Source: an uncultured virus (IMG/VR IMGVR_UViG_3300021400_004415) (lineage: Duplodnaviria; Heunggongvirae; Uroviricota; Caudoviricetes). Taken from it: a stretch of 64,000 nt of DNA. Made by a program: the position numbers and the translations under genes. Where the stretch lies: IMG/VR virus record IMGVR_UViG_3300021400_004415; one strand, given 5' to 3'. The notes under the pieces were generated by a model that worked only from the letters and a program-made list of their open reading frames with translations, ran no database searches and was not told where the DNA came from. Shown piece after piece: positions 38,428 through 47,124 of the stretch (its first letter is position 1; each line of letters begins with the position of its first letter).

Positions 38428-39273
38428 ATGCGTAAGATGGATTTCTGTTTTAAACGTCTTTTATCGGCCTTTCTGCTGATGCTCGTAATGAGTGTCAGCG
38501 GATGCCGGAACAGGATTCTTGAGGACCGGGTTAATTGCAACGCTACGGTGTGTCTCCGCACGCCGGAGTCGGAGCCTATTGCGGAGGGACTGGCAAAGTC
38601 CGTCTATCTTCGGATTTTCGATGATGGGTTCATCGGGGAGAGTTCATCCGTTTCTCCGGAAGCCCTTAATAAGGGTATCCTTTTCATGCGTCCGAAAGGA
38701 AGTGAATTAAGGTGGTCCACATTGATGAACTGGCCGGGGGATGAACACTATTGGCACGGAAGGAGTCTTGTCGTGCCGGAAGGGAAGGATTTCCCGAAAG
38801 CTTACGGTGATTACTTCGTATCTGAATTGACCGAGGAGGATTACCAGGAATGTATCGTAGAGATGCAGCCGCTATTCAGTATCATTAAGGTATCCGTTTT
38901 CGGTGAACCAGACATGAAGGTTGTATTCCAGAGTGACTTCGGAGGATACAGTGATCCGGAGCTTGAGGTGGTTAAAGGGAACTTTATCCGTAAATACAGT
39001 ATGTCGGGAGATGGAGAGTTCACCGTTCCGAATGTTTTTCTTTATGATACGGTTGTAAAGTTTGAGGGGAAGTCGAGTACTTACGTCTTTGATTTGGCTG
39101 AGTATTTCAAGAACGAAGGGTTTACCGGAAACATATTGGATGATTCTCCGATTTGTTTTAACTTTGTTTTGAAAGACGGCCGTTTCGTGAGTTATACTTT
39201 TACTTGTCAGTCGCAAGAGTGGTTTTGGGGGAGTGACGAGGTTGATAATGACACGGATGTTATCATGAAGTGA
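38428..39273 (+). CDS. FimB/Mfa2-like lipoprotein at the end of the tra operon
   Basis: Lipobox SGC followed by 'ILEDRVNC'; motif similarity to 436..1197 and 1..415. Confidence 0.6.
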   Translation: MRKMDFCFKRLLSAFLLMLVMSVSGCRNRILEDRVNCNATVCLRTPESEPIAEGLAKSVYLRIFDDGFIGESSSVSPEALNKGILFMRPKGSELRWSTLMNWPGDEHYWHGRSLVVPEGKDFPKAYGDYFVSELTEEDYQECIVEMQPLFSIIKVSVFGEPDMKVVFQSDFGGYSDPELEVVKGNFIRKYSMSGDGEFTVPNVFLYDTVVKFEGKSSTYVFDLAEYFKNEGFTGNILDDSPICFNFVLKDGRFVSYTFTCQSQEWFWGSDEVDNDTDVIMK

Positions 39274-39286
39274 AAACTGAATTATT

Positions 39287-39865
39287 TTGATGCTTGCAGT
39301 TTATGCATATTGGGATACCCTTCCTGATGGTAATCATACCAGGAGGGGTACTTTGTTATGTAGCGGAGACGATGATGCCGTTATCGGTAATGTCGTTCTC
39401 AAGAACCCCGGAAGTGCCTTCCCGTTGGATGGGGAAGGTGATTCCCTTTTCGGGAGGAAGGACGGGATGCTCCAGTTCAATCCTGATGCGACCATGTACG
39501 CGATAGCGGACCTTTTTCAGATGGACAAGCGCCCGGGAACGGTGCGTCTGTATAATCTGATGGATTTCCGTGACATCAATCCCGATAGGGCGTTGGCGTC
39601 GGAAAGCCTTTCGGAAGACAATATTGCCGAAGACATTCTTTCCGGTCCGTCCGTACCGACTTATATCGGTTGGGGGGAGCTGTGGAAACAGCCCCTGTTG
39701 TCATCGAAAGCTGAACGGATTTTCCGTGCAGCCCTTCCTAATTCTGCATATCTTGATGCAGAGATGGAAAGGAACGCATTCATTCATCCTTTGTATCTTA
39801 TGAGGTATGGTTTCAATCAAGAGAGGTGCGTTTCTCTTATCAAGGCTTTTCGGGCTTGCCTTTAA
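39287..39865 (+). CDS. DUF1643-like protein
   Basis: 'VLKNPGSA', 'LYNL', 'IGWG', 'HPLY' motifs. Confidence 0.55.
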   Translation: MMLAVYAYWDTLPDGNHTRRGTLLCSGDDDAVIGNVVLKNPGSAFPLDGEGDSLFGRKDGMLQFNPDATMYAIADLFQMDKRPGTVRLYNLMDFRDINPDRALASESLSEDNIAEDILSGPSVPTYIGWGELWKQPLLSSKAERIFRAALPNSAYLDAEMERNAFIHPLYLMRYGFNQERCVSLIKAFRACL

Positions 39866-39885
39866 TGAAGTTTATAAAAAGGATC

Positions 39886-39913
39886 CAGGCCGCTTCACAG
39901 CGGCCTGTTTTTT
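39886..39913. terminator. Terminator hairpin
   Basis: caggccgct-tcac-agcggcctg-tttttt; A-run on the other side. Confidence 0.8.
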
Positions 39914-39966
39914 ACTAAGTTATATAATGCAAATGCAATATTTGTATCAAAGGTAGCGTTTTTCTT

Positions 39967-40230
39967 TTAAACGTGCAATATTTTGATTCCTTTTTCTTCG
40001 AGTATCTTTATTGTTTCTGGTAGTTCTTTTTCGTCCAGCGGCGTGTTTTCTGGGTAAAGGATTTCTTCTGCGGTGGCGAGGGCCACGGTAACCAGGTCTT
40101 CGCGGAAACAGGAGATGGTGTTTATTCTTTCGCCGGTCTGGATGAATTTCTTCATTGTGTATTCGTCGGTGAGATTGATAAGCTCCACAAGCTTATTCAG
40201 AATGGTGTCCGGGTATTCTTCCAGTTTCAT
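39967..40230 (-). CDS. Small hypothetical protein divergent from the XRE regulator
   Basis: Likely start MKLEEYP at 40230. Confidence 0.5.
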   Translation of the reverse strand: MKLEEYPDTILNKLVELINLTDEYTMKKFIQTGERINTISCFREDLVTVALATAEEILYPENTPLDEKELPETIKILEEKGIKILHV

Positions 40231-40338
40231 TGTTTGCGTTTTGCATATCCGGCAAAATATACTTAGATTTGCATCGGATTTAGTGCTATTATAGTGGTTG
40301 TTATTGCAAATATGCAATATTTATTTCATAAATGCAAC

Positions 40339-40788
40339 ATGAATAAGCGTTTTTTTGAATACTTGCGTGTAAAGAAAGTCTCCCAGAGGAGTCTTTCGAA
40401 ATTGACAGGCATAGCGCCTTCCGTCATATCGCGTTTTTGCTCGGGTAACAGCATATCGTCGGATAAGCTTCAGCGTCTGGTGCAGGTGTGTGAAGACCTG
40501 TCTTTGGAATGGTTATTCTATGGTAGTGGCGAGATGATTAAGACTCACGGGGATACTATTACATACAATACAGGTAGGTATGCCGGATCTGATGTCGTCC
40601 AGGATGGTGGTGTAATGGTTAAAGGTTCGAAGCATGTATCCGTCTCCCCTGGTGGGGAGGTTTCTCCTGATTGCAAGGCGAAGGATGATATCATTGCCGA
40701 GAGGGACAGGACCATATCGGAGAGGGACGCCGTCATTGCAAAGAAGGATGCGTACATCCTTGAACTTTTGAACACCTTTAAAAAGTAA
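40339..40788 (+). CDS. XRE/CI-like helix-turn-helix regulator
   Basis: 'VSQRSLSKLTGIAPSVISRF', 'LSLEWLFYGSGEM', C-terminal coiled coil. Confidence 0.85.
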   Translation: MNKRFFEYLRVKKVSQRSLSKLTGIAPSVISRFCSGNSISSDKLQRLVQVCEDLSLEWLFYGSGEMIKTHGDTITYNTGRYAGSDVVQDGGVMVKGSKHVSVSPGGEVSPDCKAKDDIIAERDRTISERDAVIAKKDAYILELLNTFKK

Positions 40789-40794
40789 TGGGCT

Positions 40795-41160
40795 ATGAAA
40801 AGAAGAATTACGTCTGACTCGATTGTTTATCCGAGGTATCTGGATTATAAGGTTTCTCCTGACGAGGATGGAATAAGGGAAAAGTTTCAGGAGGTGTATA
40901 AGGACCGCATAGAGGAACTGTTCAAGGAGTTCCTTGAGGACGAGGCCTTAGCCCGGATGGCGGAGGATTATCCGGAGCTGAAGAAGGAGGTGCTTCATAG
41001 CCGACTCTCCGAACGTGTCAAGCATTGTCTCGACAGGCTCGGTGTTAAAACGGTGTCTGATATGGTTCGTTTTTCCTCGGACGAGTTTAAGGTGATGCGT
41101 AATTTTGGCAAGGGCTCCCTTGAGGAAGTTAACTCCTTTGTCAGGAAAATCGGTTTATAA
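40795..41160 (+). CDS. Stand-alone RNA polymerase alpha-CTD-like protein
   Basis: 'LSERVKHCLDRLGVKTVSDMV..MRNFGKGSLEEV' matches alpha-CTD (LSVRxxNCL..RNFGxKSLxE). Confidence 0.8.
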   Translation: MKRRITSDSIVYPRYLDYKVSPDEDGIREKFQEVYKDRIEELFKEFLEDEALARMAEDYPELKKEVLHSRLSERVKHCLDRLGVKTVSDMVRFSSDEFKVMRNFGKGSLEEVNSFVRKIGL

Positions 41161-41170
41161 GTTTCGGTTA

Positions 41171-42361
41171 TTATAGAATAAGGAGTTTTGCGGCCTCTTT
41201 GCGCTGTTGCCCGGTGTATCCTTCCAGGTAGTGCCGGGTGGTTTGTATGTTCGAGTGTCCCAGGGCCTCTGAGATAAATTCCACTGGAATTCCTTTTTGG
41301 AGCAGTCGTGTTGCGAAGGCGTGCCGGGCGAGGTTCGTGGTGACCTTCTCCCGAATATGGAGTGTTTCGCAGGCACGGCCAAGGTACTTGTTGATGGTCT
41401 TTGTCGTCTGTTTTATTGCCTTGAATTCTTCTTCGGAGTTCTCCCTGTATGGCTCCAAGACGGGGATGATATGCCTTTTCCCTCCGGCAAGGTGGTTCAG
41501 GGCTTCCGCGAGTTGGGGGAGGAGTGGAATACGTATGAGTTTCTTAAAGGAAGATACCTCGGTCTTCTTTCTGTAGTAGATGATTTCGTTGCTGGAGATA
41601 TTCTCATGCCGTAGGCGTAGGAGGTCGCCGATATTTATACCGTTGCCGTAGTACAGGCATCGGAAGTACTGGAGGTAGTGGAACTCTTTTTCTGGAAGTT
41701 CGTTGCATGTTGCGTTGAGAAGCCGCCGGAGGGATTCTTCGCTGATGTTCAGTTCTTTCCTTCCTCCGGACGGAACTTTTACTTTCTTCATGGGATTATC
41801 CCTTAGAAGGTGCCGCTCGACGGCTTTTCCAAGGATGGAACTAAGGTTCCTTGCCCGTATGGAGATTGTTGTAGGGCTGTTGTGTTTCACGTCCCGGAGC
41901 CATGCGACATAGCTCTTACAGAAGGAGGTGTCGCATCTGCTGAACCTGACGGGCGTCCCGGTGAAGGCGTCGAGGGTTTTCGCAGTAAGTTCGTACAGGT
42001 CGGCCGTATTGTGTTTCCCTTCGGTCCTGTAGTTGTCGGACAATTCTCTTGCGAAGGCTTGAACGCTTGTCCGTTTTCCTCCCTTCAGAAGGTCTTTCAG
42101 GAGGGCCAGGGAGAAGTCACCTTCGGACACGAGGTTTCTGATGCAGTCGCAGGTCTTTTCCCATTCGACGGTGAGAGGGTGGCTCTCCGGCGGACAGTCG
42201 GAGTACTTGCGCCATTCAGCCAGCGACACTTCGCAGCGCGTGGAGACGGTGAAAAATTCCCCCTGGAAGGTTATCTTGATGAACGGGGCGTAGTTTCCGT
42301 TCATGAGGGATTTCTTGGGGAGGTACATGTGAATGGTTACCTGTCCGATTTTCTTTCTCAT
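41171..42361 (-). CDS. int: Tyrosine integrase (Bacteroidetes type, with SAM-like domain)
   Basis: 'YYRKKT', 'TTNLARHAFATRL', 'LGHSNIQTTRHY'; box I reads 'GINIGDLLRL'. Confidence 0.92.
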   Translation of the reverse strand: MRKKIGQVTIHMYLPKKSLMNGNYAPFIKITFQGEFFTVSTRCEVSLAEWRKYSDCPPESHPLTVEWEKTCDCIRNLVSEGDFSLALLKDLLKGGKRTSVQAFARELSDNYRTEGKHNTADLYELTAKTLDAFTGTPVRFSRCDTSFCKSYVAWLRDVKHNSPTTISIRARNLSSILGKAVERHLLRDNPMKKVKVPSGGRKELNISEESLRRLLNATCNELPEKEFHYLQYFRCLYYGNGINIGDLLRLRHENISSNEIIYYRKKTEVSSFKKLIRIPLLPQLAEALNHLAGGKRHIIPVLEPYRENSEEEFKAIKQTTKTINKYLGRACETLHIREKVTTNLARHAFATRLLQKGIPVEFISEALGHSNIQTTRHYLEGYTGQQRKEAAKLLIL

Positions 42362-42630
42362 TTTTCGAGTGAAAAGTGTTCGAGTACTTGTGTCAGGTTG
42401 AAGAAGACCTTCCTCTGTGAAGGTCGGAGGGTAGTCAGAACATTTCTTGATTCAAGGTTAAAGAGGGTTTGTTTCGTTATGCGGAGTCCGCGTCTCTCGA
42501 GTTCCTCTTTCACCTTGTCTCCTGATACCCATACGGCTTTCTTGGATTGTCCGGGTAGTGTATGGGAAAAGGTGAAGGAAGGAAAGACAGGTATGAATTC
42601 TCCGTCTGTGTCAAGTGGAATCGTATACAT
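42358..42630 (-). CDS. Excisionase-like small HTH protein
   Basis: ATGA overlap with int; 'ITKQTLFNLESRNVL..RKVFFNLTQV'. Confidence 0.6.
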   Translation of the reverse strand: MYTIPLDTDGEFIPVFPSFTFSHTLPGQSKKAVWVSGDKVKEELERRGLRITKQTLFNLESRNVLTTLRPSQRKVFFNLTQVLEHFSLEK

Positions 42631-42848
42631 GGTGCGTTTGCGTTTTAAAGTTCACACAAAAATACAAATAAAAACAAAGAAAACAAAAGAAAATTTTGTT
42701 ATTTGATATATTTGTTATATCAAAAAGCATTAGTTTATAGGTATTTACGCACGATTTTCAGAATTGCTTTTTTCGGAGGCTATGAAAAACGACGGAAAAA
42801 GCTCGAAAATCGGCCAAAAAATGTAGAAAACAGCGTTTTTTAGGGAAT

Positions 42849-42887
42849 AAAAAAACAGTCAGGATGAGTTTAAATCTTTCCTAACTG
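42849..42887 (-). terminator. Terminator downstream of the tRNA fragment
   Basis: Minus strand cagttagga..tcctgactg-ttttttt. Confidence 0.6.
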
Positions 42888-42912
42888 CTTGATATCTAAT
42901 ATTTTATCGGAG

Positions 42913-42954
42913 TGGGCGGTACTGGATTCGAACCAGTGACCCCCTGCTTGTAAG
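42913..42954 (-). mobile_element. att core: 3' half of tRNA-Val(TAC), in attP configuration
   Basis: Minus strand CTTACAA-GCAGG-GGGTC-ACTGG-TTCGAAT-CCAGT-ACCGCCC-A gives anticodon loop, T-arm and acceptor 3' strand; 5' half absent. Confidence 0.88.
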
Positions 42955-43089
42955 ATATCAACGCTTATCCGGTTAGGTCAAAGATTTTGTTTATTTTGAG
43001 TTTTTTCTTTTTTAAAAGGTAGTTTTCTTATTTAAACGAAGTAAATTTTAATTGTTTCGTTTAAAATGATTTTGTTTCCTTTGATTAAA

Positions 43090-43641
43090 TTAGACACTGT
43101 TTTCGGTGTTTTCAGTGATTCGGAATTCCAGGTTTACGCCGTATGCTTCCTTTATCTTTATAATATAAGATATTAATATGTCGTCGGTGTTGAACCATGC
43201 GAAGACAGCTCCCTGGGTGACACCGATTTTCTCTGCAAGTGCGTATTGGGAGTCTCCCTGGCTTGTGATGAAGTCCTTGATGAAGTCAAGGTCCCGCTTG
43301 TTTTCTTTTTTCTTTACTATATGGGGGAGGGTGACTATGTAGTTATCCTCTTCGGTATTCTTTTCTTTGGGTATGTAGCGGATTTCCAGTTTGTATCCGT
43401 TGCTCTCGATAAGGCGTTTCGCCTTTGAGAGTTTCATGTCGTCCCTTTTGAGCTGGATCCGCAGGGACTGTGGCGGCTGGCCGGTGGGTTTGCAGAGAGC
43501 CTCGGTGTTCAGGCCGACGGCCTTCATGAAGTCAAGCAGGAAACGAAGGTTTATTCCCGGGTATTGATACCACTTGCTTTGCACCCTTTTCTTCGGCCCG
43601 TTTTCCACTACCGTGACGTCGTTTGTCGGGTTGTTTTGCAT
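43090..43641 (-). CDS. Tandem HTH (Cro/CI-like) regulator
   Basis: Two similar halves: 'NLRFLLDFM..QLKRDDMKLS' and 'DLDFIKDFI..SQYALAEKIGVTQGAVFAWFNTDDILIS'. Confidence 0.75.
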   Translation of the reverse strand: MQNNPTNDVTVVENGPKKRVQSKWYQYPGINLRFLLDFMKAVGLNTEALCKPTGQPPQSLRIQLKRDDMKLSKAKRLIESNGYKLEIRYIPKEKNTEEDNYIVTLPHIVKKKENKRDLDFIKDFITSQGDSQYALAEKIGVTQGAVFAWFNTDDILISYIIKIKEAYGVNLEFRITENTENSV

Positions 43642-43945
43642 GGCTTTGAAAAAAATGTAAAAAATTTTTTGCAAACTATTGCATAATTAAAAAAAATTCG
43701 TTTCCTTTGCATCAGGAATTGTTGCGAATGACTTGAAAACGTTTTGTTCAATGTCCGCAATAGCGCGTTCGATGCAAATATACGTTTTTTTGTGTTGAAA
43801 TGCAAGAGGGCCGTTACCGGCCACCTACTATAAATGATTTGATAGTGCGCCCTGTACGGGCGACCGAAAACAGAGACTTTTGAAAGCGCTCCCTTGCTGG
43901 AGACCTAAAACAGATTTTAAGAGTAACACCAAAGCGGTTTACAAG

Positions 43946-44947
43946 ATGGCGGACGCCAGAACATATCAGAATCTAATCACCCCGGTGACTTCGGTACTTG
44001 CCTTTTTCGGTAAGTCTACTGAACATCGGGGTTATATGTATTTCTCCCCGTTCCATGACGAGACCAGCCCTTCGATGCACGTGAAGGTCAACGCCGACGG
44101 CACATGGGTCTGGGCTGATTTCAGCATGTCCGCATCCAATGGCAATCCGCTTGGCGGCGGTTGCCTGGATCTTGTCAAGGAACTTGCTTCAAGGGATGCC
44201 CGTTACAGCGAGCGTAAGCCTGTTGATATTCTTCGTGAGATTGCGGGTGCTACACCCTCTGAGGTCTACTCTTCCCGTTCCATTCGTTCCCGCGTCTCTT
44301 CCGAGACCGGGGCTGTTGTTGACAGCGTGAATGAAGGGGTTGTCCGCAGGTCTCTTCTTTCTTATGGCGTCTTCAAGCGCTGCATCCCTGAGTCCCTGCT
44401 TAACCGTTACTGCAGCGAGGTGTCTTATCACCCTGTGGCGAAGCCCGGAAGGAGCTTCTACGCCATCGGTTTTCGTAACGATGCTGACGGTTGGGTGATT
44501 CGTAGCGCTGGCAAGCGCGGCAAGCTCAATGTCGGTCACGCATGTGTGACTACGCTGGATAAAAACGGCGCCCACGTCAAGGGCGGCTCACCTTCTTCAT
44601 CGTCATTATACCTTTTCGAGGGCTTCATGGATTTTCTTTCCTTCCTTGCCTGGTGCGGTTACACCGTTCCCGGCGTGGACGCCGTTATCCTTCATTCGAC
44701 TTCCCTGGTCGGCATGGCTAAGGACTGGGTCCAGCAGCACGGCGAGGTGCGTTGTTTCTTTGACAACGATAAGGCCGGCACGGTTGCGACCGAGATTGTG
44801 CGTGGTTGGTGCGAGGAGAAGGATATCCGCTTTATGGACGGAAGGACGGCTTATAAGGAGCACAATGATATCAATGAGGCTTGGCAGGCCGTATGTGCCG
44901 TCAGCCGTGATGAACAGATGCACAGGACACTTAAACGTAGTAAATGA
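43946..44947 (+). CDS. Toprim DNA primase (TraP-like)
   Basis: 'MYFSPFHDETSPS', 'AIGFRND', 'LFEGFMDFLS', 'FDNDKAG', 'DINE'. Confidence 0.88.
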   Translation: MADARTYQNLITPVTSVLAFFGKSTEHRGYMYFSPFHDETSPSMHVKVNADGTWVWADFSMSASNGNPLGGGCLDLVKELASRDARYSERKPVDILREIAGATPSEVYSSRSIRSRVSSETGAVVDSVNEGVVRRSLLSYGVFKRCIPESLLNRYCSEVSYHPVAKPGRSFYAIGFRNDADGWVIRSAGKRGKLNVGHACVTTLDKNGAHVKGGSPSSSSLYLFEGFMDFLSFLAWCGYTVPGVDAVILHSTSLVGMAKDWVQQHGEVRCFFDNDKAGTVATEIVRGWCEEKDIRFMDGRTAYKEHNDINEAWQAVCAVSRDEQMHRTLKRSK

Positions 44948-45016
44948 CAGCCTTGTGGCGATTGGATAGAAAATATTTATTAACACAATTTATTAACCTT
45001 TTAATTTTTTACAGCT

Positions 45017-45853
45017 ATGGCTAAAGAAAACGAAAACACCCAGCTTGATGCTCAAATCGTTGAGCGTCTGAACAACCTCGATTGGGACGCCCTGAAGTCC
45101 GCCACCGGTATCACCCGTGCACAGGTCGAGGCCAACCCCGTTGTTGCCCGTCAGCTTGCTTACGGCAGCATGACCGATCTCGTCTACGGTCACACCGATG
45201 ACATTTCCGGTGCTTACTCCCTGCGTGCCATGCCCGGCGAAGAAGGCAAGCCCGGCAAGATCAAGGCTTACACCATTGAGCCTGAGAAGAAGAAGGGTCA
45301 GACCCTGTTCCTTTACGGTTCCCCGATTTACTCGGAGAAGGCAATCGCCAACCTCTTCGAGCGTACCAACATCAAGACCCTCGACAAGGACGGCAAGGAG
45401 ATCACCGTTAATATCCGTGCGAACGCCAACGCCGGTATCCAGGTGGCTGTAGCCGACCCTGAGACCAAGGAGAAGAAGTACTACCTCGTGTCTATCCACG
45501 AGCCCACCAACCGTATCATCGGCGTACCCGTGGAGGCCGTCGAGAAGATGCTGGCAAATGCCAAGGTCTACGGCGTGGAGCTCTCTGAGGAGCAGAAGAA
45601 ATCCCTTGTCAAGGGTGACGCCGTCCTCGTGAGCGGTTGCGTCAACAAGGAAGGTGAGACCTTCTCCGCCTGCGTCCAGTTCGATGCTGCAAAGCGCACC
45701 CTCGTGAACGCCAATCCTGCATGGCTCCGCCAGGCTCAGCGTGCTGGTGTTGACACCGGCATCAAGCCCCGTTCCGCCAAGAAGGAGGCTCCCGAACAGA
45801 AGGTCGAACCCAAGAAAGAGGGCAAGAAGACCGGCAGGAAGATGAGTCGTTAA
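45017..45853 (+). CDS. DUF4099/DUF3945-like conjugative element protein
   Basis: 'LDWDALKSATGITR', 'LVSIHEPTNRI', 'GVELSEEQKKSLVKG', 'FSACVQFDAAKR'. Confidence 0.75.
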   Translation: MAKENENTQLDAQIVERLNNLDWDALKSATGITRAQVEANPVVARQLAYGSMTDLVYGHTDDISGAYSLRAMPGEEGKPGKIKAYTIEPEKKKGQTLFLYGSPIYSEKAIANLFERTNIKTLDKDGKEITVNIRANANAGIQVAVADPETKEKKYYLVSIHEPTNRIIGVPVEAVEKMLANAKVYGVELSEEQKKSLVKGDAVLVSGCVNKEGETFSACVQFDAAKRTLVNANPAWLRQAQRAGVDTGIKPRSAKKEAPEQKVEPKKEGKKTGRKMSR

Positions 45854-45877
45854 TCACCGTCTTCAGGTCGAGCGAGC

Positions 45878-45908
45878 ACGGGAGGGGACAGTCTCCCCTC
45901 CCGTTTTT
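45878..45908 (+). terminator. Rho-independent terminator
   Basis: acgggagggga-cagtc-tcccctcccgt-tttt. Confidence 0.75.
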
Positions 45909-45933
45909 AAAACCTTTTAATCCCTCCTGACTT

Positions 45934-47091
45934 ATGAAACAGAACGAGACCAGCTCTTACGAGCGTCTGTGTAACCGTATGGCGGAGCTTTTCGTCGAGC
46001 GCTTTTCCTCTATCGTGGACGGCAACTGTCGTTCCATTATCGAGAATGTCTTTCCGCATCAGAATATGGATGGCGTCGTTTTCGGCGGCTCCAATGCTCT
46101 TACTACGGCCATGGTTGCATCGGGTCGCGGTTACGGTATCCCCGTGTGGTTTACTATGAACCGTGGCAACGAGATTGGCGTGAGTGTCAAGGCTGGTGAG
46201 CGCAGTGTCCCTATTGTCAACTATAATACTTCTTTCTATGAGAAGGAGACGGGGAAGCGTGTTTCTGATATGTCTCAGGAGGATTACGACAGACTCACTG
46301 ACGAAGAGAAGAATAAGTACGAGAAACGCCGTTACCTTCGTTATTATCCTGAGTTCAACATAACCCAGACGGACTTCGCGGAGGTTTACCCTGAGGAGTA
46401 TTCCCGTCTGGTGGAGTTCTTCGGTTACGATGTCCGTACCAAGGCGGATTTCGACATGTTGGATAAGCTGGTGAAGGAGGATAACTGGCTTTGCCCTATT
46501 GTGGAGAGCGCTGAGGTTGGGACGGCCGTTTACTCGGAGTCGTCCGATATCATCCGTATCCCTGCGAAGGCAAGGTTCGTTGACGAGCATGATTATTATA
46601 GTTCCCTGCTTCACGCCATGGCACGGGCGACGGGGAGCGAGATGCGTCTTGACCGGGTCGGCAGCCGTAAGGCTGTCATTGACTCGTTGCCCGGAGCGAT
46701 GGGTGCACAGTGTGCCGAGGCGTTGGTCTGTGAACTGGCTGCCGCCACTGCCGGAGCTGCTATCGGGTTCTCTCCGGACCTGAGTGACAGCAGTGCCCGG
46801 TTCCTTAAGTCCTGGATAGGTTACATCCAGGCGGAGCCTTCAGTCATCTATATGCTGGTGACTGAGGCGTCCAGGTCCGCTGATATGATGCTTGACGGCA
46901 TCGGTATCAAGCGCGAGAAGGGTCTTAACCTGACGGAGATTCTCTCCGACGTGGATAAGGCTGTGGAGGCTCGTAAGAAGCACGAGGAGAGGAAACAGAA
47001 GGGTGCGAAGACCTCCCACGGGAACAAGCGTTTCAAGGGCGTGAAAGCCTCTGGCGCTTCCCGTAAGATCAAGGGTTCGAAATCAATTTAG
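45934..47091 (+). CDS. ardC: ArdC-like ssDNA-binding/antirestriction protein with degenerate zincin domain
   Basis: 'FGGSNAL', 'PVWFTMNR..VKAGERSVPI', 'YPEFNITQTD', 'AVYSESSDIIRIP'; HExxH replaced by HAMAR. Confidence 0.85.
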   Translation: MKQNETSSYERLCNRMAELFVERFSSIVDGNCRSIIENVFPHQNMDGVVFGGSNALTTAMVASGRGYGIPVWFTMNRGNEIGVSVKAGERSVPIVNYNTSFYEKETGKRVSDMSQEDYDRLTDEEKNKYEKRRYLRYYPEFNITQTDFAEVYPEEYSRLVEFFGYDVRTKADFDMLDKLVKEDNWLCPIVESAEVGTAVYSESSDIIRIPAKARFVDEHDYYSSLLHAMARATGSEMRLDRVGSRKAVIDSLPGAMGAQCAEALVCELAAATAGAAIGFSPDLSDSSARFLKSWIGYIQAEPSVIYMLVTEASRSADMMLDGIGIKREKGLNLTEILSDVDKAVEARKKHEERKQKGAKTSHGNKRFKGVKASGASRKIKGSKSI

Positions 47092-47124
47092 TTCATTTAT
47101 GGACGTAATCAATATGAGGTAGTT

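Noticed and set aside
41620..41650. Inactive integrase because box I reads GINIGD instead of GxRxxE/D
   Set aside because: As I recall, Asn at this position occurs in other Bacteroidales integrases, and the K, RH, LGH and Y residues are intact; not enough to call a pseudogene
42913..42990. Complete tRNA-Val gene
   Set aside because: No D-arm or 5' acceptor strand upstream of the anticodon loop; treated as an att core
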